Of a stretch of DNA of 64,000 nt, positions 47,443 to 56,848 are shown one piece after another. How positions within the stretch are numbered: the stretch's first letter is position 1; the number at the start of each line of letters is the position of its first letter. The notes under the pieces are model-generated. The model worked only from the letters and a program-made list of their open reading frames with translations. It was not told where the DNA came from and ran no database searches. The stretch comes from Anaerolineae bacterium (GTDB lineage: Bacteria; Chloroflexota; Anaerolineae; Anaerolineales; UBA6663): the NCBI GenBank assembly GCA_037442085.1, contig JBBIQY010000001.1, positions 46,174-110,173 on the forward strand. Direction: 5' to 3'. The position numbers and the translations under genes were made by a program.

Positions 47443-48870
47443 ATGGCCGCCATGGTCAACGACCGACGCGAAATCACCGGCTGGGCGATGTACGACTGGG
47501 CTAACAGCGCCTTCAGCACGACCGTGGGCACTGTCTTTCTTGGGCCATACGTGGCCAACCTGGCGCGCGCCGTCGCCGAGGCCGATTTTCTCGCGCGCTA
47601 CGGCATTCCATGGAGCGAAGAGATCGCCAGCCAGTATCCACCGCTCACCGCTTCCTTCTTCGGCCTCCCGATCGCGCCGGATTCGTTCCTGCCCTACGCC
47701 GTCTCCTTCTCGGTCGGCCTGCAGGTGCTCTTCCTGCCCATCCTCGGCGCAATTGCCGATTACTCCCACCTGCGCAAACGCCTGATGCAATTGTTCGCCG
47801 TCTTCGGCGCGCTGGCGACCACGGCCATGTTCTTCGTCGTGGCCGAGACATGGTGGCTGGGCGGCGTGCTCTTCATCATCGCCAACCTGTCCTTTGGCGC
47901 GGCCATCGTCTTCTATAACGCCTACCTGCCAGACATCGCCAGCGAGGAGAAGCGCGACAGCGTTTCGTCGTTTGGCTGGGCGATGGGCTATCTCGGCGGC
48001 GGGCTGCTGCTGCTCGGTAACCTGGCGCTCTTCCAATTGCGCGGGTCGCTGGGGCTGGACACGGGGATGGCGGTGCGCCTCAACCTGGCCTCCGCCGGCC
48101 TGTGGTGGCTGGGATGGAGCCTGTGGACTTGGGCGACGTTGCGCTCACGCCATGCGCCGCGCGCTTTGCCCCCCGGCGAGAATTACCTGACCGTCGGCTT
48201 TAAGCAGTTGCGGCAGACCTTCAGCGAAGCGCACAAATACCCGCACACCATCCGTTACCTGCTCGCGTATCTGATCTACAACGATGGCATCCAGACGGTG
48301 ATCGTAGTGGCCGCTATCTTCGCCGCCGCGCCCGTCCTCCAGGGCGGGTTGGGCATCGAGACCGGCACACTGACGCTCATCATCCTGATGATCCAGTTCG
48401 TGGCCTTCTTCGGTGCGCTGTTCTGGGGACGGCTGGCCGGCTGGATCGGCGCGAAGAACGCGCTGGTGGTGGCACTCACCATCTGGTCGGCGGTGGTGAT
48501 CTACGCCTATTTCGGGATGCAGGGCGATAGCCGCGTGACCGAGTTCTGGATTCTGGGCGCCTGTATCGCCCTGGTGATGGGGGGCAGCCAAGCCATCAGC
48601 CGCAGCCTGTTCGCGCAGATGATCCCGCCCGGCAAAGAGGCCGAGTTCTTTTCGATCTACGAGATCAGCGAGCGCGGCACGTCGTGGATCGGGCCGCTGA
48701 TCTTCGGGCTGGTGAACCAGTGGCTGGGCAGCCTGCGCCCGGCCATCCTGTCGCTGATCTTCTTCTTCGTCGTCGGCCTGGTGCTGCTGGTGACCTTCGT
48801 CAACGTGCCGCGCGCGATTGCGGAGAGCGGCCAGCGCGAGGCGCGGGCGGCCGCCGGTGCGGGAGATTGA
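47443..48870 (+). CDS. MFS transporter, UMF1/Atg22-like family
   Basis: 475 aa from ATG 47443. N-terminal ITGWAMYDWANSAFSTTV is the family hallmark. About 12 TM segments. Confidence 0.8.
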   Translation: MAAMVNDRREITGWAMYDWANSAFSTTVGTVFLGPYVANLARAVAEADFLARYGIPWSEEIASQYPPLTASFFGLPIAPDSFLPYAVSFSVGLQVLFLPILGAIADYSHLRKRLMQLFAVFGALATTAMFFVVAETWWLGGVLFIIANLSFGAAIVFYNAYLPDIASEEKRDSVSSFGWAMGYLGGGLLLLGNLALFQLRGSLGLDTGMAVRLNLASAGLWWLGWSLWTWATLRSRHAPRALPPGENYLTVGFKQLRQTFSEAHKYPHTIRYLLAYLIYNDGIQTVIVVAAIFAAAPVLQGGLGIETGTLTLIILMIQFVAFFGALFWGRLAGWIGAKNALVVALTIWSAVVIYAYFGMQGDSRVTEFWILGACIALVMGGSQAISRSLFAQMIPPGKEAEFFSIYEISERGTSWIGPLIFGLVNQWLGSLRPAILSLIFFFVVGLVLLVTFVNVPRAIAESGQREARAAAGAGD

Positions 48871-48930
48871 AGCGGGGGGCACGGAAGACGACGGTTGAAA
48901 ACCGCTTGACTCTTGCCAACCGTTTCCCCA

Positions 48931-48959
48931 TAGACAAACGCCTCGCGATTGCCTAAAAT
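48931..48959 (+). promoter_or_regulatory. Putative sigma-70 promoter, -10 box 7 nt upstream of GTG start of the kinase (leaderless candidate)
   Basis: TAGACA (48931-48936), 17-nt spacer, TAAAAT (48954-48959), then cggcggc, then GTG 48967. Confidence 0.4.
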
Positions 48960-48966
48960 CGGCGGC

Positions 48967-51249
48967 GTGGCTTTGGAAATCGGAACCCTACTCGCTGACC
49001 GCTACCGGATCGAGCGCGTGCTCGGCCAGGGTGGCATGGGCGCCGTCTACCTGGCGACCGACGAAAACCTAGGCACGCACGTCGCCGTCAAAGAAAACCT
49101 CAACGTCTCGCCCGAGTCCGAGCGTCAGTTCAAGCGTGAGGCCATGCTGCTGGCCTCGCTGCGCCATCATCACCTGCCGCGCGTGACCAATCACTTCGTC
49201 CTGGCCGGCCAGCAGTATCTGGTGATGGACTATGTGGAAGGCGAGGACCTGCGCGAGCGGCTGGAACGCCTCGGCCCGCTGCCGGAGGCCGATGTGAAGT
49301 TGTGGGGCGCGCAAATCTGCGATGCCCTCAGTTACTTACACAGCCGCAACCCGCCCGTCGTCCACCGCGATATCAAGCCCAGCAACATCAAGCTCAACTC
49401 GCAGGGCGAGGCCATTCTTGTGGATTTCGGCATCGCCAAGTCGGCCTCCGGCGACAGCAAGACGACGACCGCCGCCGCCGCCTTCACGCCCGGCTACGCG
49501 CCGCCCGAACAGTACGGCATGAGCAAATCGCGCACCGATGCGCGCACCGACCAGTACGCGCTGGCCGCCACGCTCTACCGCCTGCTCACCAACGAGACCC
49601 CGCCCGACAGCCTGGAGCGGCTGATCGGCAATGCCACACTGCTACCGCCGGACCAGTTGCGGCCCGATCTCTCGCCCGCCGTCGCTCAGGCCCTGGTGCG
49701 CGGGCTGGCCCTCAAGCCGGAGGATCGCTTCGAGACCGTGGCCCATTTCAAGGCCGCGCTCTTCGGCGAGACGCTGACAACGGTCGCGCCGGCCAGCCTC
49801 GGCTCAACCACCGAGCCGAAGCAAGATGCCACGCGGCTGGCTGCCTCGCCCGGCACAGTCATGCCCACCATCCTCGCCTCGACGCGTGAAGCCGAGGCGC
49901 GGGGAGCTGCTGCATCGGCGACCGGCAGCCGCGCCAAACCGGCGACGGCACCGGTCATCGCCGAACACGCTCCCGCACCCGCGCGCGCCCAGCGTCCGGC
50001 CTGGCTTATCCCCGCCGCCATTGGCGCCGTCGTCATCTTTCTGTTCGGTGCAGTGGCGCTGGGCAGCGTGTTGGCCGGCGGCTTGGTTGGCGGGCAAGCC
50101 ACGGCCACTTCGGCGGTGGCGGCCGTCACGCCGGCGACCGTGGCCCCGGCCCCAACCGTTGCACCGCCGACAATGACGCTCGCGCCGACGGCCACCACCG
50201 TGCCGCCGACGGCGACCACCGCCCCAACCGAAACACCCGCGCCGCCCACGCCGACCGAGGCTGCCTCGCCTACCTCGGCCATTGCCTCTGTCGCCGCCGG
50301 CGGGCGCATCGCCTTCATCAGCAACCGCGACGGCCAGTTCTTCCAGATCTACACGATGAACTCGGATGGCAGCGACGTACGGCCGTTGACCACCGACCCG
50401 CGCAACAAATGGTCGCCGGAGTGGACGCTCGGCCAGCTCGGCCCCTTGCCCGGCCCGCTGCTCACCTGGAGCCCGGACGGGACGCAACTGCTGTACACAG
50501 CGGAGGTCGCGCCCGGCGGCCCGATTGATTTGTGGGTGATCAACGCCGATGGCTCGAACCCCGTGAACATCACCGCGCCAGATCGGGCGGGGCGGCCCAA
50601 CGAGAACGATTTCCATCCGGCCTGGTGCTCGGACGGCACGATCGCCTTCGCCTCCATCCGCAACAATTATCCGCAGATCTTCATCATCACGCTGGAGAAC
50701 CGCACGCCGCGCAACTACAGCTCCACCCGCTCCAACGTGGTGGAGTACAACCCGCTCTTCTTCCCCGACTGCCGGCGCATGCTGGTGATCTCGACGCAGA
50801 ACGGGGCGGGCGAGCTGTGGCGCATCTTCCCCTCGCGTGGCGCGCAGGCGCTGATGTGGGCGACCTTCCCCGCTTTCCCCGGCGCCAACAACGAGAACAG
50901 CTACCGCTCTTTCCTGAGCGAGCTGTCGCAGGGCAATGTGATCGTAGATGCCGCCCTCTCGCCCGATGGGACGCGCTTCGTCTTCACGCGCGAAAGCCCG
51001 GGCAACATCGGGCGCAACATCATCCTGACGACGGTGGAGAACAGCCAGCTGCAGATGCGCTTCAAGCAACTGACCGAAGGCCGCAGCGACGTCCAGCCGC
51101 GCTGGAGCCCGGACGGCAATTACCTGGTCTTCGCTTCGCGCCGCGCCGGCGGCAATTTCCAGATCTTCCGTATGACGGCGGAGGGCGAAGACGAAGTCAA
51201 CCTGAGCAATAACACCTTCATCGAGCTTGGCCCGGCCTGGCAGCCGTGA
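48967..51249 (+). CDS. Ser/Thr protein kinase with TM segment, Pro/Thr/Ala linker and C-terminal TolB-like (PD40) beta-propeller
   Basis: Hanks motifs GQGGMGAVYLA, VAVKE, HRDIKPSNIKL, DFGIAK, GYAPPEQ. TM segment AWLIPAAIGAVVIFLFGAVALGSVLAGGL. C-terminal repeats IAFISNRDGQFFQIYTMNSDGSDVRPLT, WSPDGTQLLY, WSPDGNYLVFASRRAGGNFQIFRM. The start could be TTG 48949 or GTG 48967. Confidence 0.88.
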   Translation: MALEIGTLLADRYRIERVLGQGGMGAVYLATDENLGTHVAVKENLNVSPESERQFKREAMLLASLRHHHLPRVTNHFVLAGQQYLVMDYVEGEDLRERLERLGPLPEADVKLWGAQICDALSYLHSRNPPVVHRDIKPSNIKLNSQGEAILVDFGIAKSASGDSKTTTAAAAFTPGYAPPEQYGMSKSRTDARTDQYALAATLYRLLTNETPPDSLERLIGNATLLPPDQLRPDLSPAVAQALVRGLALKPEDRFETVAHFKAALFGETLTTVAPASLGSTTEPKQDATRLAASPGTVMPTILASTREAEARGAAASATGSRAKPATAPVIAEHAPAPARAQRPAWLIPAAIGAVVIFLFGAVALGSVLAGGLVGGQATATSAVAAVTPATVAPAPTVAPPTMTLAPTATTVPPTATTAPTETPAPPTPTEAASPTSAIASVAAGGRIAFISNRDGQFFQIYTMNSDGSDVRPLTTDPRNKWSPEWTLGQLGPLPGPLLTWSPDGTQLLYTAEVAPGGPIDLWVINADGSNPVNITAPDRAGRPNENDFHPAWCSDGTIAFASIRNNYPQIFIITLENRTPRNYSSTRSNVVEYNPLFFPDCRRMLVISTQNGAGELWRIFPSRGAQALMWATFPAFPGANNENSYRSFLSELSQGNVIVDAALSPDGTRFVFTRESPGNIGRNIILTTVENSQLQMRFKQLTEGRSDVQPRWSPDGNYLVFASRRAGGNFQIFRMTAEGEDEVNLSNNTFIELGPAWQP

Positions 51250-51259
51250 TGCACACACG

Positions 51260-52141
51260 ATGGGTGAAGCGCGTTCATCCGTTTCGTCAAGCCTGCATCC
51301 ATTCCCTCCGTTGTTGCTCCTTCATACGCTGCGCAACGCGCTCGATTACCCGCTGCGCCAGTTCTTCCGCTGGCGGCGCGCCGGCCTCAGCTTCCGCAAC
51401 GAGCCGAAGGACAATCTATTCGCTCATCTGCCCGCCGCGCAGCGCGCCGAGGCGCAGGCCGCCGCGGACCGGTTGCTGGCGCGTTACCCGCTCGATGACC
51501 TGCAGGCGCACAGCACCCGGTGCAACTTTCGCGAGAACCTGTTTTATCTGGAGCTGCTCGAACGGGCGTTGAACGCCTCGCAGAATCTGGCCGGCCTGCA
51601 AGGCCGATCGGCTCTAAATGTTGCCGACATTGGCCCGTCGCACTGGTTCTACGTCCACGCGCTGTACGCGCTGTGGCGGTGCTGGGGCAGGGGCGCCGAG
51701 CCGCCGCGCGACGTGACCCTGATCACCTTCGAGAGCGACGCCTTCCGCGTGTACGTGGATTTTTACTCGCGCTGGGATTATGCGCACGCCCATCGGCGCG
51801 GCCTGCCCGAAGAGCGCGTACGCTACGAGCCGCGCGCCTTCACCCGTCAGCCGGCGATGTTCGACGCGGTGACCATGCTCTTCCCGTTCGTCTTCCTCAA
51901 AGATCACCTGGCGTGGGGGTTGCCGCGTGGCGCGTTCAACCCCGCGCAGTTGCTGGCCGATGCCTGGGCCAGCCTCAAACCCGGCGGCGTGCTCATCCTC
52001 GTGAACCAGGGCGAGGCCGAGCACACGGCCCAGCGCGAGATGATGACGCAGCAGAACATCCCGGTGAGCGCCGCCTTTCGCCATGACTCGCTGCTGTTCG
52101 AGTACGACCTGCCCCGATTTGGGCTGGTGGGCGTTCGTTGA
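51260..52141 (+). CDS. Hypothetical protein, possible Rossmann/class I methyltransferase-like fold
   Basis: 293 aa from ATG 51260. Weak motif I-like LNVADIGPS and LKPGGVLILVN. The family is not confidently recognised. Confidence 0.55.
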   Translation: MGEARSSVSSSLHPFPPLLLLHTLRNALDYPLRQFFRWRRAGLSFRNEPKDNLFAHLPAAQRAEAQAAADRLLARYPLDDLQAHSTRCNFRENLFYLELLERALNASQNLAGLQGRSALNVADIGPSHWFYVHALYALWRCWGRGAEPPRDVTLITFESDAFRVYVDFYSRWDYAHAHRRGLPEERVRYEPRAFTRQPAMFDAVTMLFPFVFLKDHLAWGLPRGAFNPAQLLADAWASLKPGGVLILVNQGEAEHTAQREMMTQQNIPVSAAFRHDSLLFEYDLPRFGLVGVR

Positions 52142-52237
52142 CCTTTCTATCGCGGAAGCGCGGCATGCCGCCGGTGCGCAAAGAGACGCCGACCAACCCC
52201 GCGTTTGCCGCGCCCATACGTTGAGAGGCCCGGCCGC

Positions 52238-53444
52238 ATGCCCGAACCCCCGTCCCTGGGCCAGCGCGCTTTTGAGCACATCGAGTATCTAGCCGCGAAG
52301 CTTGGCCCGCGCCCGGCGGGCAGCGCGACGGAGCGAGAGGCGTTCGATTATCTCGCGGAACAACTCGGGCAGTGGGGCTATGCCGTCGAGGCTTTGCCTG
52401 CGCCGTTCGCTCCACACCCGCGTTTCTTCGCTCGGTTTGCGCTCGGCGGAGTTGCTCTGCTCGCGGGTGGCCTCGCCCTCCTCGGCTATCCGCTGCCGGC
52501 GCTGCTCGTTCCGATCCTCATCGCCCTCCTGCCCGACCTCGCGCGTGAAATGATTCGCCGCGCGCCGCGCCCGGCCCAGAGCCGGAATCTTCTGGCCTTC
52601 ACCTCGGCGGATACGACGGCGCCCACGCTCCTGCTCGTTGCACATGTGGATAGCGCGCCGGCCAGCGCCTTCACTGCGCCTGCCGTGCTGTGGCTTCACC
52701 AGAACATCATGTTTATCGCGCTGCGCGTCGCCTGGGCGGTGGCCGCGGTCGCGGCCCTGCAACTGATCGGCCTGGACGTGCCGCCCTTCGCTGTCTGGCT
52801 GGCGAGCGGCACCGGCATGTTGGTGGGCGGCGGCTGGGTGTTGCTGGAAGCGTTGAGCCAGCGGGGGCGCGGCGCGCGCTGGTCGCCGGGTGCACACGAT
52901 AACGCCTCGGGTGTCGGTGTGCTGCTGGCGCTGGCGGAGTACTACGCCGCGCAGCCGCCAGCCCGCCAGCGCGTGGGCTTTGCGTTTACCGGGGCAGAGG
53001 AGACCGGCCTGCACGGTGCGGAGGCGCTGGCTGCGCGACCTGAACTGGCGGGGCAGCGGCTGGCCGTGCTCAACCTGGATATGGTTGGGGCCGGCCCGGT
53101 GTTGCGCTACGTCACCCAGGATGGCGCGTTGCGCCCGCGCCCGACGAACACGCGCCTCAACGACCTGATCCGGCAGGCGGACCCAGGCGCACAGCCGATC
53201 TCTTACGTGCTGCGCAGCGGCGATTACCTGCCCTTCCTGCGGCGGGGCCTGCCCGTGAGTTAGCGGCGCGCGCGCTGCCGAACGGGCTTATCACACGGTC
53301 AACGATTCGGTTGAGAAGATTGAGCCGGAGGCGCTGGAACGGACGGCGCAGGCCGTCGTCAGGGTAGTGGCGCTGGCGGAGCTACAAGGCTTCCCGCCGC
53401 CGCTCCCCGTTCCGCTTGGGAGAGGGGCCGGGGGCAAAGGTTAG
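52238..53444 (+). pseudogene. M28-family membrane aminopeptidase, apparently interrupted by a 1-nt frameshift near 53256-53262
   Basis: The main frame (ATG 52238 to TAG 53261-53263) carries M28 motifs LLLVAHVDSAP, GAHDNASGVGVLLALAE, FTGAEETGLHGAEAL, LNLDMVG and GDYLPFLRRGLPV. The family's C-terminal motif continues in the +1 frame from 53259 (VSGARAAERAYHTVNDSVEKIEPEALERTAQAVVRVVALAE...) to TAG 53442-53444. Confidence 0.6.
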
Positions 53445-53452
53445 CCGAACGC

Positions 53453-53809
53453 TCACGTAAACGAACGCGGGCTCCCTGAGCCCGCGGGATGCGGCGTGTC
53501 CTCCATATGCTCGGCGAAGAGCAGCGTCACCGCGTTGGGCGTGTTCTTGGTGATGCGGACCAGGCATTGCCCGGCTGCCACGCCCTGCGGCGACTGCATC
53601 GCCGTCGTCAGCGCCGCCTTGTCCTCGAAAATCAGATCGTGGATCAGCCGAATATTGGCCGGCCCGGCCGGCCCACCGTCCACGTGGCTGACGATCACTA
53701 GTTGCAGGCCGGGCAGTTGGTCAGCCAGCGGCACGAATTCGCTCGACCAGCGCGTGACGATATCGGGGGTGGCCGGGTTCTCGTGAAAGATCAAGGTCAG
53801 TTTGTACAT
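53453..53809 (-). CDS. EthD/Dabb-like small alpha+beta barrel protein
   Basis: 118 aa. MYKLTLIFHENP...F...Y...H.PL and overall size resemble the EthD (TIGR02118-type) family. Recognition is moderate. Confidence 0.6.
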   Translation of the reverse strand: MYKLTLIFHENPATPDIVTRWSSEFVPLADQLPGLQLVIVSHVDGGPAGPANIRLIHDLIFEDKAALTTAMQSPQGVAAGQCLVRITKNTPNAVTLLFAEHMEDTPHPAGSGSPRSFT

Positions 53810-53833
53810 GACAGCAGCCGGCGGGGCGCGTCT

Positions 53834-55204
53834 TCAATAATTCCGCAGGTCCACCCTGGCGGCATTCTCGAACTTCGCCAGCTTCTCCAGAAAGACCAAC
53901 TCGACGCCGGAGTGAGTGGGGCCGTTGCGGTGCTTGGCGACGATGATCTCGGCCAGGCCCTGCCGTCCCGGCTCCTTCTCCGGGTCGGCGCGGTGGATGA
54001 ACATGACGATGTCGGAGTCCTGCTCGAGCGAGCCCGACTCGCGCAAATCCGAAAGCATCGGCCGCTTGTCTTGGCGCTGTTCCACCGCGCGTGAAAGCTG
54101 CGCGCCGGTCAGCACCGGCACATTCAATTCGCGCGCCAGTTGCTTCAGGCCGCGCGAGATGGCCGAGACCTCCTGCACGCGGTTCTCATGCCGCCGCCCG
54201 TCGCCCTGCATCAGTTGCAGATAGTCTACGATGACCAGGTCGAGGCCCAGCTCCTGCTGCAGGCGGCGGCACTTGGCGCGCAGCTGCAGCGGTGTGAGGG
54301 CCGGCGTATCGTCCAGGAAGACGGGGATGTCGCGCAGGACGTTGTGGGCCTGGGTGAAAAGCGGCAGCTCGTCGTCGCGCAGTTGGCCCAGACGCAGGCG
54401 CTGTGAATCAATGCCCGTCTCCTGCGCCATCAGGCGCTGCACCAGTTGCTCGTTGCTCATCTCCAGCGAGAAGATGGCGACGCGCTTGCGGTGCAGTTGC
54501 GCGGCGTTCTTGGCGATGCTGAGCAGGAAGCTGGTTTTGCCGGAGCCGGGCCGCCCGGCGATGATGAGCAGGTCGGATTTTTGCAGGCCGCCCAGCACCT
54601 TGTCCAGATCCACGAAGCCGGTCGGCACGCCGAACAGCTCACCCTGGTGCTCCAGCCGGTACTCCACCTGCCGGTAATACTCGTGCAACACCTCGCCGAT
54701 GGGTTTGAGGTCCTTGTTCAGCCGCTGTTCGCTGACGGCGAAGACCGCTGCCTCGGCCTCGCTGACCACCTCCTCCACATCACGCGCTTCTTCGTAGGCC
54801 AGCTTGGCAATCTTGCTGGCCGCCTCCAGCAGGTTGCGGCGCATGGCGTCGCGTTGGACGATGCGCCCGTAGGCCTCGGCATGCAGCGACGAGGGGACGG
54901 TGTTGATCAGCTGCGTGAGGTAGGCGACGCCGCCGGCCTCCTCCAATTGGCCGCGCCGTTCCAGTTCCTTGGCGACGGTGATCAGATCCAGCGGCAGGCG
55001 TTGATCTTGCAGGTGGGCGAAGGAGTCCCACATCCAACGGTGTTTGACGAGGTAGAAGTCCTCGGGGCGGAGGAAAGAGGCGACCTCGAAGTAGGTTTCC
55101 GGGCTGATGAGCACGCAGCCCAGCACGGCCTGCTCGGATTCGAGAGAGTACAGCGTCGTCCGCAGGGCAGCGGGCCCGAGGTCAAAGGTCTCGGCGTCGG
55201 ACAT
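53834..55204 (-). CDS. dnaB: Replicative DNA helicase
   Basis: 456 aa from ATG 55204. N-terminal domain SEQAVLGCVLI. Walker A GRPGSGKTS. DnaB motifs SLEMS, VIVDYLQLM, SQLSR-like AQLSRAVE. No intein is present. Confidence 0.92.
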   Translation of the reverse strand: MSDAETFDLGPAALRTTLYSLESEQAVLGCVLISPETYFEVASFLRPEDFYLVKHRWMWDSFAHLQDQRLPLDLITVAKELERRGQLEEAGGVAYLTQLINTVPSSLHAEAYGRIVQRDAMRRNLLEAASKIAKLAYEEARDVEEVVSEAEAAVFAVSEQRLNKDLKPIGEVLHEYYRQVEYRLEHQGELFGVPTGFVDLDKVLGGLQKSDLLIIAGRPGSGKTSFLLSIAKNAAQLHRKRVAIFSLEMSNEQLVQRLMAQETGIDSQRLRLGQLRDDELPLFTQAHNVLRDIPVFLDDTPALTPLQLRAKCRRLQQELGLDLVIVDYLQLMQGDGRRHENRVQEVSAISRGLKQLARELNVPVLTGAQLSRAVEQRQDKRPMLSDLRESGSLEQDSDIVMFIHRADPEKEPGRQGLAEIIVAKHRNGPTHSGVELVFLEKLAKFENAARVDLRNY

Positions 55205-55216
55205 GGGCGTGCAATG

Positions 55217-55246
55217 AAAAAGCCAGGCCAACGAGCGCGGCCTGGC
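55217..55246 (-). terminator. Putative intrinsic terminator between the nuclease gene and dnaB
   Basis: The minus strand reads GCCAGGCC-gcgctcgtt-GGCCTGGC followed by TTTTT (55221-55217). It lies 36 nt after the stop at 55282 and only 12 nt before the dnaB ATG. Confidence 0.4.
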
Positions 55247-55281
55247 CGAAATGACGACGCGGGCCGGCCGCGTCAGAGGCG

Positions 55282-55818
55282 TTAATCGTCGCCCTTCTGC
55301 TTGCCGCTCTCCAGGTCGTCCAGGTCGAGCGTATCGAGGAAGTCCTTGAAGGCGTCCAACTTCTCATCGCTTTCCGCCTGACGCGCGCCGCCGGCGCTCT
55401 CCTCCATCTCGACCTCGGCCTCCGGCTGAACGGCGGCCTTGTCCATCACCGCTTCCTCGATGTAGATCGGCACGCGCACGCGCACGGCCAGCGCAATCGC
55501 GTCCGACGGGCGCGAGTCGATCTCCAGCGTTCGCCCGTTGGCCTCGACGATGATGCGGGCGTAGAAGACCTCGTTCTTGAGTTCGGAAATGACGATCTGC
55601 TCCACCGAGCCGCCCAGCTGGCTGATGACGTTCTTGAGCAGGTCGTGCGTTAGCGGGCGCGGCACTTCCTGCTCCTGCAGAATGATGGTGATGGCATCGG
55701 CCTCGAACGGGCCAATCCAGATGGGCAGATAGCGATCACTGTCCACGTCTTTGAGGATGACGACGCGATGCTGCGACATCAGGCTGACGCGGATGCTATC
55801 AATCGTAACTTCGATCAT
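55282..55818 (-). CDS. Bifunctional nuclease (BFN/DUF151 family)
   Basis: 178 aa. [45 protein letters not shown] is the DUF151 core. Acidic C-terminal tail. Confidence 0.8.
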   Translation of the reverse strand: MIEVTIDSIRVSLMSQHRVVILKDVDSDRYLPIWIGPFEADAITIILQEQEVPRPLTHDLLKNVISQLGGSVEQIVISELKNEVFYARIIVEANGRTLEIDSRPSDAIALAVRVRVPIYIEEAVMDKAAVQPEAEVEMEESAGGARQAESDEKLDAFKDFLDTLDLDDLESGKQKGDD

Positions 55819-56047
55819 GCAGTTGACCTCGTCAAATGTAAGTAGGATTTTAGCATAAATGACGGGCAGTCCGATAGGCGCGGATCAGCGCAGGGTGCAT
55901 TTCTATTATTTGGCAGGCTGCGCCCTGAGCGGAGCGCCGCTCGTTGAGCGGCGCGCAGTCGAAGGGCGGCCAAAAATCTGGAATGCACCCATCAGCGCAG
56001 GGTCGCGGCTTGTTATACTTGAGGCGTGTTCAGGCTGCGAGGTGACG

Positions 56048-56848
56048 ATGCCGTTCTCGAACGAGATGATTGTGGCCGGAACTGCGGGGGCATTGCTGGT
56101 AGCTGGGTTGGTGTTGATCCTCGCCGGACTGCTGACGTTGCGCCGCCAGCACCGCGTCACGCTCTTTCGCCAGCAGCGTCAGGCGCGACTGCGCGGCGCG
56201 AACCGCGTGCTCGTCGGCGTTCTGCTCGTGATCGTCGCCGGCCTGGCCGCCGCCTTCGGCCGGCCGGTGATTGAGACCTTTGCGCCGCCCACCGCCACGC
56301 CGACCCGTTCCCCGATGCCGACCGCTACCCCCAGCTCTACCCTGACTCCGACCCTCACACCCCCGCCCTCGGAGACCCGCCCGCCGACGAACACGCTGCC
56401 GCCTTCGGAGACGCCGACGCCCAGCGTAACGCCCACGGCCACCCTCAGCCCGACGCCGGCCCTGCCGCGCGCTCAACTGACGCTGCCGGCGGGCACGCTC
56501 ACCGTCACGCCGCCGCCGCAGGCCGTCATCGCTAATCTGCGCGTGGGCCGCTTCAACGCCTGCCGCAGCGAAAGCGGCGTGGCGACCACGTTCAGCGCCA
56601 ATCCTAAAACACTCTACGCGCTGTTCGATTACAACAACTGGTTGCCGGGCGTACGCTGGTCAAACGTCTGGCGGTACAACGGCCAGCCGATGTTGGTGGA
56701 GACCTTGTTGTGGGACGGCAGCACGGGCGGCTGCGGTTTCGCCGACTTCGATAACGGCGGCCAGCCTTGGCCGGCGGGCGAGTGGGAGGTGCAAATCTTC
56801 ATCGGCGATCAGTGGCTGGACACGGCGCGGTTTACGATCACCCCTTAG
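56048..56848 (+). CDS. Hypothetical single-pass membrane protein with Pro/Thr-rich linker and C-terminal globular domain
   Basis: I prefer ATG 56048, directly before the TM segment (IVAGTAGALLVAGLVLILAGLLTL). PT-rich stretch PTATPTRSPMPTATPSSTLTPTLTPPPSETRPPTNTLPPSETPTPSVTPTATLSPTP. The track's start at 55859 cannot be excluded. Confidence 0.6.
   Translation: MPFSNEMIVAGTAGALLVAGLVLILAGLLTLRRQHRVTLFRQQRQARLRGANRVLVGVLLVIVAGLAAAFGRPVIETFAPPTATPTRSPMPTATPSSTLTPTLTPPPSETRPPTNTLPPSETPTPSVTPTATLSPTPALPRAQLTLPAGTLTVTPPPQAVIANLRVGRFNACRSESGVATTFSANPKTLYALFDYNNWLPGVRWSNVWRYNGQPMLVETLLWDGSTGGCGFADFDNGGQPWPAGEWEVQIFIGDQWLDTARFTITP

Noticed and set aside
49804-51258. 484-aa minus-strand ORF opposite the kinase propeller region.
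   Set aside because: It is an antisense artefact with Arg/Gly-rich low complexity. The sense frame shows repeated PD40 blades.
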